Assembly: GCA_964016885.1 (NCBI GenBank)
Contig: CAXHJY010000646.1
Span: forward strand, 1-64,000
Source: Eledone cirrhosa
Taxonomy: Eukaryota
DNA length: 64,000 nt
Direction: 5' to 3'
A program made the position numbers and the translations under genes. The notes below the pieces were generated by a model. It had not been told where the DNA came from. It saw only the letters and a list, made by a program, of their open reading frames with translations, and made no database searches. Of this stretch, positions 51,611-64,000 are shown piece by piece; position 1 is the stretch's first letter; each line of letters begins with the position of its first letter.

Positions 51611-54600
51611 ATGGTAAACATTCCACTACAGTGGTGTGACATCCTCCACTGTGGTAAACATGCCACTTCAGTGGTGTGACATCCTCCACTGTGGTAAACA
51701 TTCCACTTCAGTGGTGTGACATCCTCCACTGTGGTAAACATTCCACTTCAGTGGTGTGACATCCTCCACTGTGGTAAATATTCCACTTCAGTGGTGTGAC
51801 ATCCTCCATTGTGGTAAACATTCCACTTCAGTGGTGTGACATCCTCCACTGTGGTAAACATTGTACTTCAGTGGTGTGACATCCTCCACTGTGGTAAACA
51901 TGCCACTTCAGTGGTGTGACATCCTCCATTGTGGTAAACATTCCACTTCACTGGTGTGACATCTTCCACTGTGGTAAACATTGTACTTCAGTGGTGTGAC
52001 ATCCTCCACTGTGGTAAACATTCCACTTCAGTGGTGTCACATCCTCCACTGTGGTAAACATTCCACTTCAGTGGTGTCACATCCTCCATTGTGGTAAACA
52101 TTCCACTGCAGTGGTGTCACATCCTCCATTGTGGTAAATATTCCACTTCAGTGGTGTGACATCTTCCACTGTGGTAAACATTCCACTTCAGTGGTGTGAC
52201 ATCCTCCACTTCAGTGGTGTGACATCCTCCACTGTGGTAAACATTCCACTACAGTGGTGTGACATCCTCCACTGTGGTAAACATTGTACTTCAGTGGTGT
52301 GACATCCTCCACTGTGGTAAACATTCCACTTCAGTGGTGTCACATCTTCCACTGTGGTAAACATTCCACTTCAGTGGTGTCACATCCTCCACTGTAGTAA
52401 ACATTCCACTACAGTGGTGTGACATCCTCCACTGTGGTAAACATTCCACTTCAGTGGTGTGACATCCTCCACTGTGGTAAACATTCCACTTCAGTGGTGT
52501 CACATCCTCCACTGTGGTAAACATTCCACTTCAGTGGTGTGACATCCTCCACTGTGGTAAACATTCCACTTCAGTGGTTTCACATCCTCCACTGTGGTAA
52601 ACATTCCACTTCAGTGGTGTCACATCCTCCACTGTGGTAAACATTCCACTTCAGTGGTGTCACATCCTCCACTGTGGTAAACATTCCACTTCAGTGGTGT
52701 CACATCCTCCAATGTGGTAAACATGCCACTTCAGTGGTGTGACATCCTCCACTGTGGTAAACATTCCACTTCAGTGGAGTGACATCCTCCACTGTTGTAA
52801 ACATTCCACTTCAGTGGTGTCACATCCTCCACTGTGGTAAACATTCCACTTCAGTGGTGTCACATCTTCCACTGTGGTAAACATTCCACTTCAGTGGTGT
52901 CACATCCTCCACTGTAGTAAACATTCCACTACAGTGGTGTGACATCCTCCACTGTGGTAAACATTCCACTTCAGTGGTGTGACATCCTCCACTGTGGTAA
53001 ACATTCCACTTCAGTGGTGTGACATCCTCCACTGTGGTAAACATTCCACTTCAGTGGTGTGACATCCTCCACTGTGGTAAACATTCCACTTCAGTGGTGT
53101 GACATCCTCCACTGTGGTAAATATTCCACTTCAGCGGTGTGACATCCTCCACTGTGGTAAACATTCCACTTCAGTGGTGTGACATCCTCCACTGTGGTAA
53201 ACATTCCACTTCAGTGGTGTGACATCCTCCACTGTGGTAAATATTCCACTTCAGTGGTGTGACATCCTCCACTGTGGTAAACATTCCACTTCAGTGGTGT
53301 GACATCCTCGACTGTGGTAAACATTCCACTTCAGTGGTGTGACATCCTCCACTGTGGTAAATATTCCACTTCAGTGGTGTGACATCCTCCACTGTGGTAA
53401 ACATTGTACTTCAGTGGTGTGACATCCTCCACTGTGGTAAACATTCCACTTCAGTGGTGTCACATCCTCCACTGTGGTAAACATTCCACTTCAGTGGTGT
53501 GACATCCTCCACTGTGGTAAACATTCCACTTCAGTGGTGTGACATCCTCCACTGTGGTAAACATGCCACTTCAGTGGTGTGACATCCTCCACTGTGGTAA
53601 ACATGCCACTTCAGTGGTGTGACATCCTCCACTGTGGTAAACATGCCACTTCAGTGGTGTGACATCCTCCACTGTGGTAAACATTCCACTTCAGTGGTGT
53701 GACATCCTCCATTGTGGTAAACATTCCACTTCAGTGGTGTGACATCCTCCATTGTGGTAAACATTCCACTTCAGTGGTGTGACATCCTCCACTGTGGTAA
53801 ACATGACACTTCAGTGGTGTCACATCCTCCACTGTGGTAAACATGCCACTTCAGTGGTGTGACATCCTCCACTGTGGTAAACATTCCACTTCAGTGGTGG
53901 TAAATATTCCACTTCAGTTGTGTGACATCCTCCACTGTGGTAAACATTCCACTTCAGTGGTGTGACATCCTCCACTGTGGTAAACATTGTACTTCAGTGG
54001 TGTGACATCCTCCACTGTGGTAAACATGCCACTTCAGTGGTGTGACATCCTCCACTGTGGTAAATATTCCACTTCAGTGGTGTCACATCCTCCACTGTGG
54101 TAAACATGCCACTTCAGTGGTGTGACATCCTCCACTGTGGTAAACATTCCACTTCAGTGGTGTGACATCCTCGACTGTGGTAAACATGCCACTTCAGTGG
54201 TGTGACATCCTCCACTGTGGTAAATATTCCACTTCAGTGGTGTGACATCCTCCATTGTGGTAAACATTGTACTTCAGTGGTGTGACATCTTCTACTGTGT
54301 TAAACATTCCACTTCAGTGGTGTCACATCCTCCATTGTGGTAAACATTGTACTTCAGTGGTGTGACATCCTCCACTGTGGTAAACATTCCACTTCAGTGG
54401 TGTGACATCCTCCACTGTGGTAAACATTCCACTTCAGTGGTGTGACATCCTCCACTGTGGTAAACATTCCACTTCAGTGGTGTGACATCTTCCACTGTGG
54501 TAAACATTCCACTTCAGTGGTGTGACATCCTCCATTGTGGTAAACATTGTACTTCAGTGGTGTGACATCTTCTACTGTGGTAAACATTCCACTTCAGTGG

Positions 54601-55456
54601 TGTCACATCCTCCATTGTGGTAAACATTGTACTTCAGTGGTGTGACATCCTCCACTGTGGTAAACATTCCACTTCAGTGGTGTGACATCCTCCACTGTGG
54701 TAAACATTCCACTTCAGTGGTGTCACATCCTCCACTGTGGTAAACATGCCACTTCAGTGGTGTGACATCCTCCACTGTGGTAAACATTCCACTTCAGTGG
54801 TGTGACATCTTCCACTGTGGTAAACATTCCACTTCAGTGGTGTGACATCCTCCACTGTGGTAAACATTCCACTTCAGTGGTGTGACATCCTCCCCTGTGG
54901 TAAACACTGTACTTCAGTGGTGTGACATCCTCCACTGTGGTAAATATTCCACTTCAGTGGTGTGACATCTTCCACTGTGGTAAACATTCCACTTCAGTGG
55001 TGTGACATCCTCCACTGTGGTAAACATTCCACTTCAGTGGTGTGACATCTTCCACTGTGGTAAACATTCCACTTCAGTGGTGTGACATCCTCCATTGTGG
55101 TAAACATTGTACTTCAGTGGTGTGACATCTTCTACTGTGGTAAACATTCCACTTCAGTGGTGTGACATCCTCCCCTGTGGTAAACACTGTACTTCAGTGG
55201 TGTGACATCCTCCACTGTGGTAAACATTCCACTTCAGTGGTGTGACATCCTCCACTGTGGTAAACACTGTACTTCAGTGGTGTGACATCCTCCCCTGTGG
55301 TAAACACTGTACTTCAGTGGTGTGACATCCTCCACTGTGGTAAATATTCCACTTCAGTGGTGTGACATCTTCTACTGTGGTAAACATTCCACTTCAGTGG
55401 TGTGACATCTTCCACTGTGGTAAACATTCCACTTCAGTGGTGTGACATCCTCGACT
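51611..55456. repeat. 40-bp tandem satellite (GTGGTAAACATTCCACTTCAGTGGTGTGACATCCTCCACT), ~96 copies
   Basis: Exact periodicity, with two phase slips near 52210 and 53900. Confidence 0.98.
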
Positions 55457-55713
55457 TTTAACCAATGAATCAATAACTATTGTTCTTTTATTTTTTTGTT
55501 TCAGTCATTAGACTGTGGCCATGCTGCTGCACCACTTTCATAGAGATTTAGTTGATGATAATGACCCTAGTTTTTAATATAAGCACTAACACAAAGATAA
55601 ACATAGACACACATACACTTCACACACTTTCACGCCTGCACACACATATCTGTGTGTATGTGTGGAGTGTAAATGAAAAGATCACCAAAGTTCAATACAT
55701 TAATACGTTATTT

Positions 55714-55784
55714 GGTTTACAAATGTTTCATTCCACTACAACTGATGTAGCACTTAGTAACTTTATAGAGAACTCTTCAGGATC
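55714..55784 (-). ncRNA. Hammerhead motif with intact core, extended stem II and decayed stem I
   Basis: CUGAAGA-GUUCUCUAUAA...UUGUAGuGGAAU-GAAACA-uu-UGUA. Confidence 0.6.
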
Positions 55785-56291
55785 ATATATAATATAGGAA
55801 ATATTTATTTACCAAACATGTTCTTAAGTCTCCAGCCGTGAACATTTGAAAATTGTAAATAAAGATTATTTCCTTTAGGGATAACATTAAAAGTTATGAA
55901 AGGCCAGAAGTGTTGGAATTATTTTAACTGTACAAAATATCTAGTGGTTAGTTTGACTGGTATTTTCATCATTAGTGTTTTGACTTCAATACGAGTGAAG
56001 TTAGTACATGTACATCCAATAATTTTTTTTCACGGAAGTTACATCTCATTTAATTTCAATAAACAGTATTTTAAGAGCTAATATTCTAAAAAAAACTTAT
56101 GGAAGCCCGTGGTGTTCCTTTCATTTTTATGCTCTGTGATTTGCAAATCTACAATGACTGGAAATCTACAAATTCGATTTATCTTTGAACTGTCGGCAAT
56201 CTGGATATTGACCAAATTACATTAGAGCTTTAAATATCTAAATACCTTATATACAGCTTTACCATCAACTCATATAGTTTACCTTATATAT

Positions 56292-56840
56292 CATCATCAT
56301 CACCGTTTAACGTCCATTTTTTTCCACACTGACATGGGTTAGACAAGTTGTCCTGTTGTGAGCAATGCTAGGTCAGGTGACCATATCATGCTCATACAGA
56401 ACTGATTTTGGCTTGGTTTCTACAGCTGGATGGCCTTCCTAGTTCTAACCTCATTTACAGTGAGTACTGGGTGCTTTTTGCCGTGTCGCCATTTCAACCA
56501 CTTTACAGTGTGAACTGGAGGCTTCGCTGGATGTATGTTTGGGAGATGTATAGGAGTTGGTGGGGGTGAGGTAATGCATATTATACATATGCTTCATCTT
56601 TGGCCTGTGCCAGTGGGAAGTCGGGTCTTTTGTATTAGTGCGTAACATCAAAGATCTCGGCTCTGTGTCATTGCCTTTGAGAGGTGCAATTGGGCAAGGT
56701 CGGTTTTTATCACCTCATCCCAAGTCTTCCTGTGTCTCCCCACACTACAGCTTCCATTGACTTTGAGCACTCTGCATCTTTTTTTACAGCTGCTATACAT
56801 CATATGCATCACATGTTCATACCAACGCAGTCCCCTCATG
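56292..56840 (-). mobile_element. RTE LINE 3' fragment with UTR and (GAT)n tail
   Basis: LRWYEHV..GRHRKTWDEVIK; paralog of 36270-36758. Confidence 0.85.
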
Positions 56841-56984
56841 CATATCTCTCTCTCTATATATAGACATATATGTGTATATATGTATTTGATGGGGCTTCAA
56901 AGTACATAGAAAAAATACATAGCTAAGAACATATGCAGGGAGTTTGATGTCAATGCACCTGTATGTTCTGCTACTAACTTGTCA

Positions 56985-57085
56985 AGCCCCTCATCTACTC
57001 CAAGTTACCTTAGGGTCTGCTAGATTTTGGCATGGGGATTGTCAAAAGCTTTCTCCAGATCAATAAATGCCTGGTAGAGGGACGT
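56985..57085 (-). mobile_element. RTE RT fragment
   Basis: Minus-strand translation AFIDLEKAFD...LGVDE. Confidence 0.7.
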
Positions 57086-57184
57086 ATTGTATTATTAATG
57101 TGAGCGTGTGTGTGTGTGTATATATATAATGTGGGTGTGTATATATATATATATATATAAATAAATATATATATATATAGATCC

Positions 57185-57376
57185 CAAATCAAAATACGGG
57201 AATAGAGGAAAATACCACTGAGTGAACACATTGATATCTGTGCCGCCCAAAATCATCCCAACTTCAGAATCTTTCCCCTCTACAAATTTAAAGATAATGC
57301 CACCCACACCCAGCGCATCAGCAAGGAATCTTACTTCATTAACAGATACGGACCCCGTCTAAACACTTCTCCCTAA
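57185..57376 (+). pseudogene. Penelope-like GIY-YIG extreme C-terminus, second family
   Basis: Manual translation IPLSEHIDICAAQNHPNFRIFPLYKF...RISKESYFINRYGPRLNTSP*. Confidence 0.7.
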
Positions 57377-57697
57377 GACGAACCCACAACATACACACGT
57401 CAACATACATACCTACATCAGCACACATCTCTACCCACATATAAACACAATGACATACGTAAACACACATGCTCTATGGTGCAACACAAAAAAATATATG
57501 TGCATATATATGTGTATATATGTATATATATATATATATGTATATATAGTGAATATATGTATGTGTATATATATATATAGTGAATATCATTTCACACCTT
57601 TTATTGTTAAGATTTTTGATGTTCTATTAAGAGAACCGATTTTACTGAAAAAATCGAATAATGTACACCATTTTACCAGGGGGAAAAAAATACTGGT

Positions 57698-57823
<126 letters not shown>

Positions 57824-58149
57824 ACGCGTACATCAACATACAAAGAGACTTATACACACACACACACACACACACGCACTTCTCCGTATAAGACAAAAGC
57901 TGAAAAATATCTTTTGACATGCTAAAATACCCCCCCATTGCTTTCAGACACATTCTTACTGACCATCCCTGCCACCACGAATTACTCTGCTATACACACA
58001 CACACACACACACACACACTTATCTTAATAGCCATTTGACACACATCCCTGCTAACCATTATCACAACATCGAACACCTTACTACTACTACTCTCACACA
58101 CACACACACACACACCCACACATATTTGTTGTAAAAGAGTCATTTCTCA

Positions 58150-58368
58150 ATCTTGGCGCAAAACCAATTTTTTATTCACATGACCTCTACCGACCAATCA
58201 AAATTGTTTTGACCACAAGAATTTTTGCTGGAGCCACTTTTTTAACATAAAAACAGTCTTGGCGCAAAATCAATTTTTTACATTCACATGACCTCTACCG
58301 ACCAATCAAAATTGTTTTGACCACAAGAATTTTTGCAAATTGGAGCCACTTTTTTAACATAAAAACAG
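58150..58368. repeat. Tandem duplication of ~108 bp
   Basis: TCTTGGCGCAAAA...GACCAATCAAAATTG...AACATAAAAACAG occurs twice. Confidence 0.9.
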
Positions 58369-58644
58369 GTAGAATTCCCAAAACTAAACAGATCAGAGCA
58401 AACAGCACGGACACTCTATCTCAAAATTATTTTTGAAAAGCATTTAGAAATGCGCAACCAGTAAAAACTTAAAACCACAACTGAATACTAACCCATACAA
58501 TCACTAATACTCTTTTATTCCTAATTAAACCATTTTTCAACTGTGAACAATTTGTCAGCATTTTCTATTCCGTTTACCAATATATAATAACTTGTGTGTT
58601 ACACCTCTATTCTTTTAACTATATATATATATATATATATATAT

Positions 58645-58974
58645 GTTGTGAGTTCAATTCTCAGACCGGGTGATGTGTTGTTTCCTTGAGCAAGGCACTT
58701 TATTTCACATTGCTCCAGTTTACTCAGCTGTAGAAATGAGATGATAGGGACTGGGGTCCCTATCATCCCACTGCAAAGTGGTCATGGATGTAACGCACAC
58801 TGTAACACTGTAAATGAGGTTAGTGTTAGGAAGGGCATCCAGCTGTAGAAATCAAGCCAGAATCAGTTCCCGTATGAGCAAGACAAGGTCAGCCAACTGG
58901 ACACTGCCCATAACAGGACAACCCATCTAACCCATGCTAGCATGGAAGAATGACGTAAAACGGTGATGATGATG

Positions 58975-58975
<1 letters not shown>
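58645..58975 (+). mobile_element. SINE family B, 5'-truncated, with alternative RTE tail
   Basis: B box and central domain; tail matches 36600-36758. Confidence 0.88.
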
Positions 58976-59018
<43 letters not shown>

Positions 59019-59023
59019 GTATA

Positions 59024-59720
59024 TGCAGGATGTCCAAAAATATTGATTTTGGGGTGATTTTTGGACATCCTGCAGGATGAAAAACCAAACTTGTTTAAAA
59101 AGGTGGAATAACTCATGAAAGTCAACGGCCTTCCAATACCTGAGGTGAGTTGTTTATTGGGTTTGTGGCAATATTCTGCACCAACCCTTTGTTATCAACA
59201 GGTCCAAGGAGTGTGGCTGACCCTACACAAGCCTTCACCACTGTAAACAATTCTTTTGTGTAGGTAACACAACAACTCTACCAGTTCACTAACACAAAGC
59301 TCAATGGTAAGACAGCAAAGGTGATGGGGACAAGTAAAGGGTATTACTGGAAGTCCTTAGCTGGAGCTCTACACAGTGGCGATTATCAGGTGTTAGCCAT
59401 TGGTGCACAAAATATGAGTAATTTGTGCTGTTTGTGTCCTCTGATGGTGACAAAGCAGGTCTTTTTAGATATAGCACTGCTTTACCTACACAGAGTGGGG
59501 ACAATAAAAGGGGCCCTAAACAAATACCTACTCAATACTTTAATTTGGCAGTCAACCACCACTGTCTGGTTATCCAAATATGGGGTCAAAACAAAAGGCA
59601 CTTAACTTTTGGTTCCTGGAATCTAAGAACACTCCAAGACAGTGACTCCAACTTGGAACAAAGATCAGCCCTGTAATGTACTCAACAGATACAGTGTTGA
59701 TATCTGTACAGTGAGACCTG
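59024..59720 (+). mobile_element. RTE (BovB-like) 5' UTR and start of APE
   Basis: LTFGSWNLRTLQD...EQRSAL...LNRYSVDI matches the N-terminal APE motif. Confidence 0.75.
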
Positions 59721-60324
59721 ACTGTCCCATCTGTAATGCACTCAACAGATACAGTGTTGATATCTGTACAGTAAGACCTGACTGTCCCATCTGTAATGCA
59801 CTCAACAGATACAGTGTTGATATCTGTACAGTAAGACCTGACTTTCCCATCTGTAATGCACTCAACAGATACAGTGTTGATATCTGTACAGTAAGACCTG
59901 ACTTTCCCATCTGTAATGCACTCAACAGATACAGTGTTGATATCTGTACAGTGAGACCTGACTGTCCCATCTGTAATGTACTCAACAGATACAGTGTTGA
60001 TATCTGTGCAGTGAGACCTGACTGTCCCATCTGTAATGCACTCAACAGATACAGTGTTGATATCTGTACAGTAAGACCCGACTGTCCCATCTGTAATGCA
60101 TTCAACAGATACAGTGTTGATATCTGTACAGTAAGACCTGACTGTCCCATCTGTAATGTACTCAACAGATACAGTGTTGATATCTGTACAGTAAGACCTG
60201 ACTGTCCCATCTGTAATGTACTCAACAGATACAGTGTTGATATCTGTACAGTAAGACCTGACTGTCCCATCTGTAATGCACTCAACAGATACTCTGTTGA
60301 TATCTGTACAGTAAGACCTGACTG
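59671..60324 (+). repeat. 60-bp tandem repeat derived from APE coding sequence, ~11 copies
   Basis: Unit encodes CNALNRYSVDICTVRPDCPI. Confidence 0.95.
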
Positions 60325-60470
60325 GGATAATTGCTGGCCTTGTGCCAAAAATAGAAACAATTATGTATGTATTCAGCTAATATATCATCCTCATCATCAT
60401 CATCGTCATTTTACGTCCACTTGTAAAAAAAAATGATGATGATGATGATATGTTAGATGAATACATACAT

Positions 60471-60860
60471 AACTGTTTCTACTTTTGGCACAAGGCCAGC
60501 TATTATCCCAGTGCATTACTGGTACTTTATTTTATCGACCCCGTAAGCATGAAAGGCAAAGTTAATCTCGGTGGGATTTGAACTCAGAACGTAAAGGGCC
60601 GTAACTCAGTGCTTGAAATCATGGCGTCCGACCCTCTATTGATACTGCCAATCCACAACTACATACCTAATTGTTTCTACGTTTGGCACAAGGCCAGCAA
60701 TTATCCCAGTGCATTACTGGTACTTTATTTCATCGACCCCGTAAGGATGAAAGGCAAAGTTAACCTCGGCGGGATTTGAACTCAGAATGGCAAGGGGCGT
60801 AACTCTATGCTTCAAATCATGGCGTCCAACCCTCTACCAATACTGCCAATTCACCGCCCT
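60471..60860 (-). mobile_element. SINE family A, tandem pair
   Basis: Copies at 60471-60656 and 60669-60860. Confidence 0.9.
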
Positions 60861-61017
60861 ACATACATAATAATAGATTTGAAGGGTCACCTAATGTTTA
60901 TACATTGTGAGTATTGTAAAACTCAGTATCTCATAGTGACTTCTATTTAGCTTCACACCTGCTGTAAATGCTTGCACTCTTGGATACTTGTTGAAATACA
61001 GCTGGAAAGAGATGGGT

Positions 61018-61088
61018 GATGTGTTGGTGTAATGGTAGCACAGTGGTCGCGATAACCAAAGATGTGGATTCGACTCCCATGTACGTCA
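61018..61088 (+). pseudogene. tRNA-like pseudogene or SINE head
   Basis: GATGTGT/GTACGTC acceptor, TGGTGTAATGGTAGCAC D arm, GGATTCGACTCCC T arm; anticodon loop non-canonical. Confidence 0.55.
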
Positions 61089-61208
61089 ATACTCATCTTT
61101 TTCCATTTATCTGAGGATTCTAAACCCCATTATCAGGCTAAAATTCCTTTAGTCAATAATACGGTGAAAGCTATATATATATATTTTTTTTTTTTTTTAA
61201 TATAGATG

Positions 61209-61259
61209 AGATTCTACAGGGCTAGAACTGTTTCATTCTTCAGAAATTATCAGGAATCT
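61209..61259 (-). ncRNA. Type I hammerhead motif, family H2 (G8A)
   Basis: AGAUUC-CUGAUAA-UUUCUgaAGAAU-GAAACAG-uucuagcc-CUGUA-GAAUCU. Confidence 0.7.
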
Positions 61260-61778
61260 GACTGTCCAAGTAAATGTGGTGGTATTTATATATTTTCTGG
61301 TGGTAGGAGAGGGTGGGGAGTGGGATGGGTGGAGGTCATTGGTTGAGAGAAAAGGGAATTCATTAAAAGCTAATTCTTTAAAACTATAATTTATATTTAG
61401 AGTGACAAAGGCAGAAAGAATTCAATAAACAAGTTCAAATTGTGGTGCCACTCCTTATTGTCAAGTTTCTCTTAAGCTAACAATGCCTAGATTTCAGGTG
61501 TCTATAAGATGGTTGGGGTCAGTCATGGTTGATGGATTTAAAGAAAAGGGAAATTCTTTAAAAGCTAATTCTTTAAAGTTCCACTTAGAGTGACAAAGGC
61601 AGAAAGAATTCTATAAACCAGTTCAAATATTGGGTGCCTATCATTATTGTCATATTTCTCTTAAGCTATATTGCAGGAGTCAACAGACATATTCACAAAC
61701 ACACACACACATATATAAATATACACATATACAAACATATACAATCACATATACATATATATACATATATATATATAC

Positions 61779-61853
<75 letters not shown>

Positions 61854-61911
61854 TATATGTATACACACACACATATATATATATAATATATATATATACA
61901 CACATATATAC

Positions 61912-61946
<35 letters not shown>

Positions 61947-61948
61947 TG

Positions 61949-61999
61949 AGATTCTACAGGACTAGAACAGTTTCATTCTTTAGAAATCATCAGGAATCT
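61949..61999 (-). ncRNA. Type I hammerhead ribozyme, family H2, intact core
   Basis: AGAUUC-CUGAUGA-UUUCUaaAGAAU-GAAACUG-uucuaguc-CUGUA-GAAUCU. Confidence 0.8.
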
Positions 62000-62222
62000 G
62001 GGTATCAAAAGATAAATATGGTATTTATAGGTCTCTTCGGGGGGTAGGAGAGGGTAGGGAGTGGGATGGGTGGAGGTCATTGGTTGAAAGAAAAGGGAAT
62101 TCATTAAAAGCTTATTCTTTAAAGCTATAATTTATATTTAGAGTAACAAAGGCAGAAAGAATTCTATAAACAAATTCAGAATGGGGTGCCACTCCTTATG
62201 TTTAAGTTTCTCTTAAGCTAAT

Positions 62223-62658
62223 AATTGTTTCTACTTTTTGGCACAAGGCCAGCAATTATCCCAGTACATTACCTAATAATTGTTTCTACTTTAGGCACAA
62301 GGCCAGCAATTATCCAGTGCATTACTGGTACTTTATTTTATCGACCCCGTAAGGATGAAAGGCAAAGTCAACCTCGGCGGGATTTGAACTCAGATCGTAA
62401 AGGGACGTAACTATGCTGGAAACATGGCGTCCGACCTTCTACCGATACTGCCAATCCACCGCCCTAATAATTGTTTCTACATTTGGCACAAGGCCAGCAA
62501 TTACCCAGTGTATTACTGGTACTTTATTTTATCGACCCCAAAAGGATGAAAGGCAAAGTTAACCTCGGCGCGTTTTGAACTCAGAATGGCAAGGACCGTA
62601 ACTCTATGCGTCAAAGCATGGCGTCCGACCCTCTACCGATACTGCCAATCCACCGCCC
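62223..62658 (-). mobile_element. SINE family A, head-to-tail trimer (one truncated)
   Basis: Three tails, each junction reading CTAATAAT; the empty site in the first unit reads CTAACAAT. Confidence 0.9.
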
Positions 62659-62920
62659 TAATAATGCCTAGATTTCAGGTGTCTATAAGATGGTTGGGGT
62701 CAGTCATGGTTGATGGATTTAAAGAAAATGAAAATTCTTTAAAAGCTAATTCTTTAAGGTTCTACATAGAGTGACAATGGCCAAGAGAATTCTATAGACC
62801 AGTTCAAAATATTGAGTGCCTATCATACCATTATCTTCAAGTTTCTCTTACACTATAGTCCAAATGTCAACAGACACATTCACAAACACACTCACTCACA
62901 CACTCGCGCGCGCACCCACG

Positions 62921-62952
<32 letters not shown>

Positions 62953-63228
62953 CATACATACATACATACACACACATACACACATTCATATATATACACA
63001 TACATACATATGTATGAGTGTATGTATATATGAATGTGTGTATATATATGTGTGTGTATATATATATATATATGTGTGTGTATATATATATATATGTGTG
63101 TATATATATATGTGTAAGTATAAATATATATATATATGTGTATATATATATGTGTGTGTATATATATATATATGTGTGTGTATATATATATGTGTAAGTA
63201 TAAATATATATATATGTGTATATATATA

Positions 63229-63718
63229 GGCAGACCTAGAAAAACCTGGGACGAGCTGATAAACTCCGACCTCACACACTTACACCTCTCCAAGACAATG
63301 TCACTGGACCGAGACCTTTGGCGGTACTCAGTAACAGAGAAGACCCGCCTTGCCAGTAGGCATTTCTAACAAAATACACCCCGTCCCGCCACCACCCCCA
63401 CCCCATCCACACCACCCCGTTCTATGTAAAGTTATGTTGGTGCCGCGCCATCCAGGCCGAAACAAATGAGATCGTGTAGGTGTCACGACAAAAAAACACA
63501 CAGTCCACGCTGTAATGTGGCCGTGTAGGCAACACGGTAAAAACCTCCCAGACCCACACTGTAAATGTGGTTGGTGTTAGGAAGGGCATCCAACTGTAGA
63601 AAACCTGCCAGACAGTCCTATGCGAGCAAGACAATCACTCTTGCCTCAAGTGGGACTACCCCCGTCCAAACCCATGCAAGCGTGGAACACGGACGTTAAA
63701 CGTTGATGATGATGATGA
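63229..63718 (+). mobile_element. RTE 3' end with UTR and (GAT)n tail
   Basis: [21 protein letters not shown]; UTR matches 15083-15376. Confidence 0.85.
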
Positions 63719-63750
63719 TATATGTATATGTATTTGTGTATATATATATG

Positions 63751-63781
<31 letters not shown>

Positions 63782-63816
63782 GTGCTTGTTTATATATGTG
63801 TGTGTATATATATATA

Positions 63817-63851
<35 letters not shown>

Positions 63852-63857
63852 ATATAA

Positions 63858-63913
<56 letters not shown>

Positions 63914-63914
63914 T

Positions 63915-64000
63915 AATAAAAACAATGAAATAAAAAAAAAAGAACAAATTCCTTATATTAAAAACTTCATTCTTTAACGATCGTTTCTGGGATGTATATG
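63915..64000 (-). mobile_element. Third copy of the H3 HHR element, cut by the window edge
   Basis: AAACAATGAAA...TTCCTTATATTAAA...TTCATT.TTTAACGATCGTTTCT matches 47800-47862. Confidence 0.75.

Larger units (their letters stand above)
61204..62885 (-). mobile_element. Tandem dimer of an HHR-bearing non-coding element (retrozyme or pLTR-like)
   Basis: 61204-61695 is repeated at 61944-62222 plus 62659-62885. Confidence 0.75.

Overview
Repeat-saturated animal genomic DNA, most likely a cephalopod (Octopus-like). This is inferred from the SINE families, RTE LINEs and very long (TA)n/(CA)n tracts. I could not support any intact host gene; nearly all long ORFs are translations of simple or tandem repeats. 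The window holds five satellite arrays (43, 60, 80, 40 and 60 bp units), several microsatellite or low-complexity blocks, decayed RTE-clade LINEs of at least three families, three SINE families and two Penelope-like (GIY-YIG) fragments. The main hidden signal, found by reading both strands, is about 15 type I hammerhead-ribozyme (HHR) motifs from several sequence-distinct families. They include minimal forms with a palindromic stem III, forms with a long stem II, one U3-A8 compensated core, a pair inside a 214-bp palindrome, and a tandem ~740-nt HHR-to-HHR unit resembling a retrozyme. Satellites also appear to arise from mobile elements here: one from a SINE 3' half, one from the RTE endonuclease coding region, and one inside a TTAA-flanked piggyBac-like MITE that itself sits inside a SINE. 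All folds and alignments were done by eye and need computational and biochemical confirmation.
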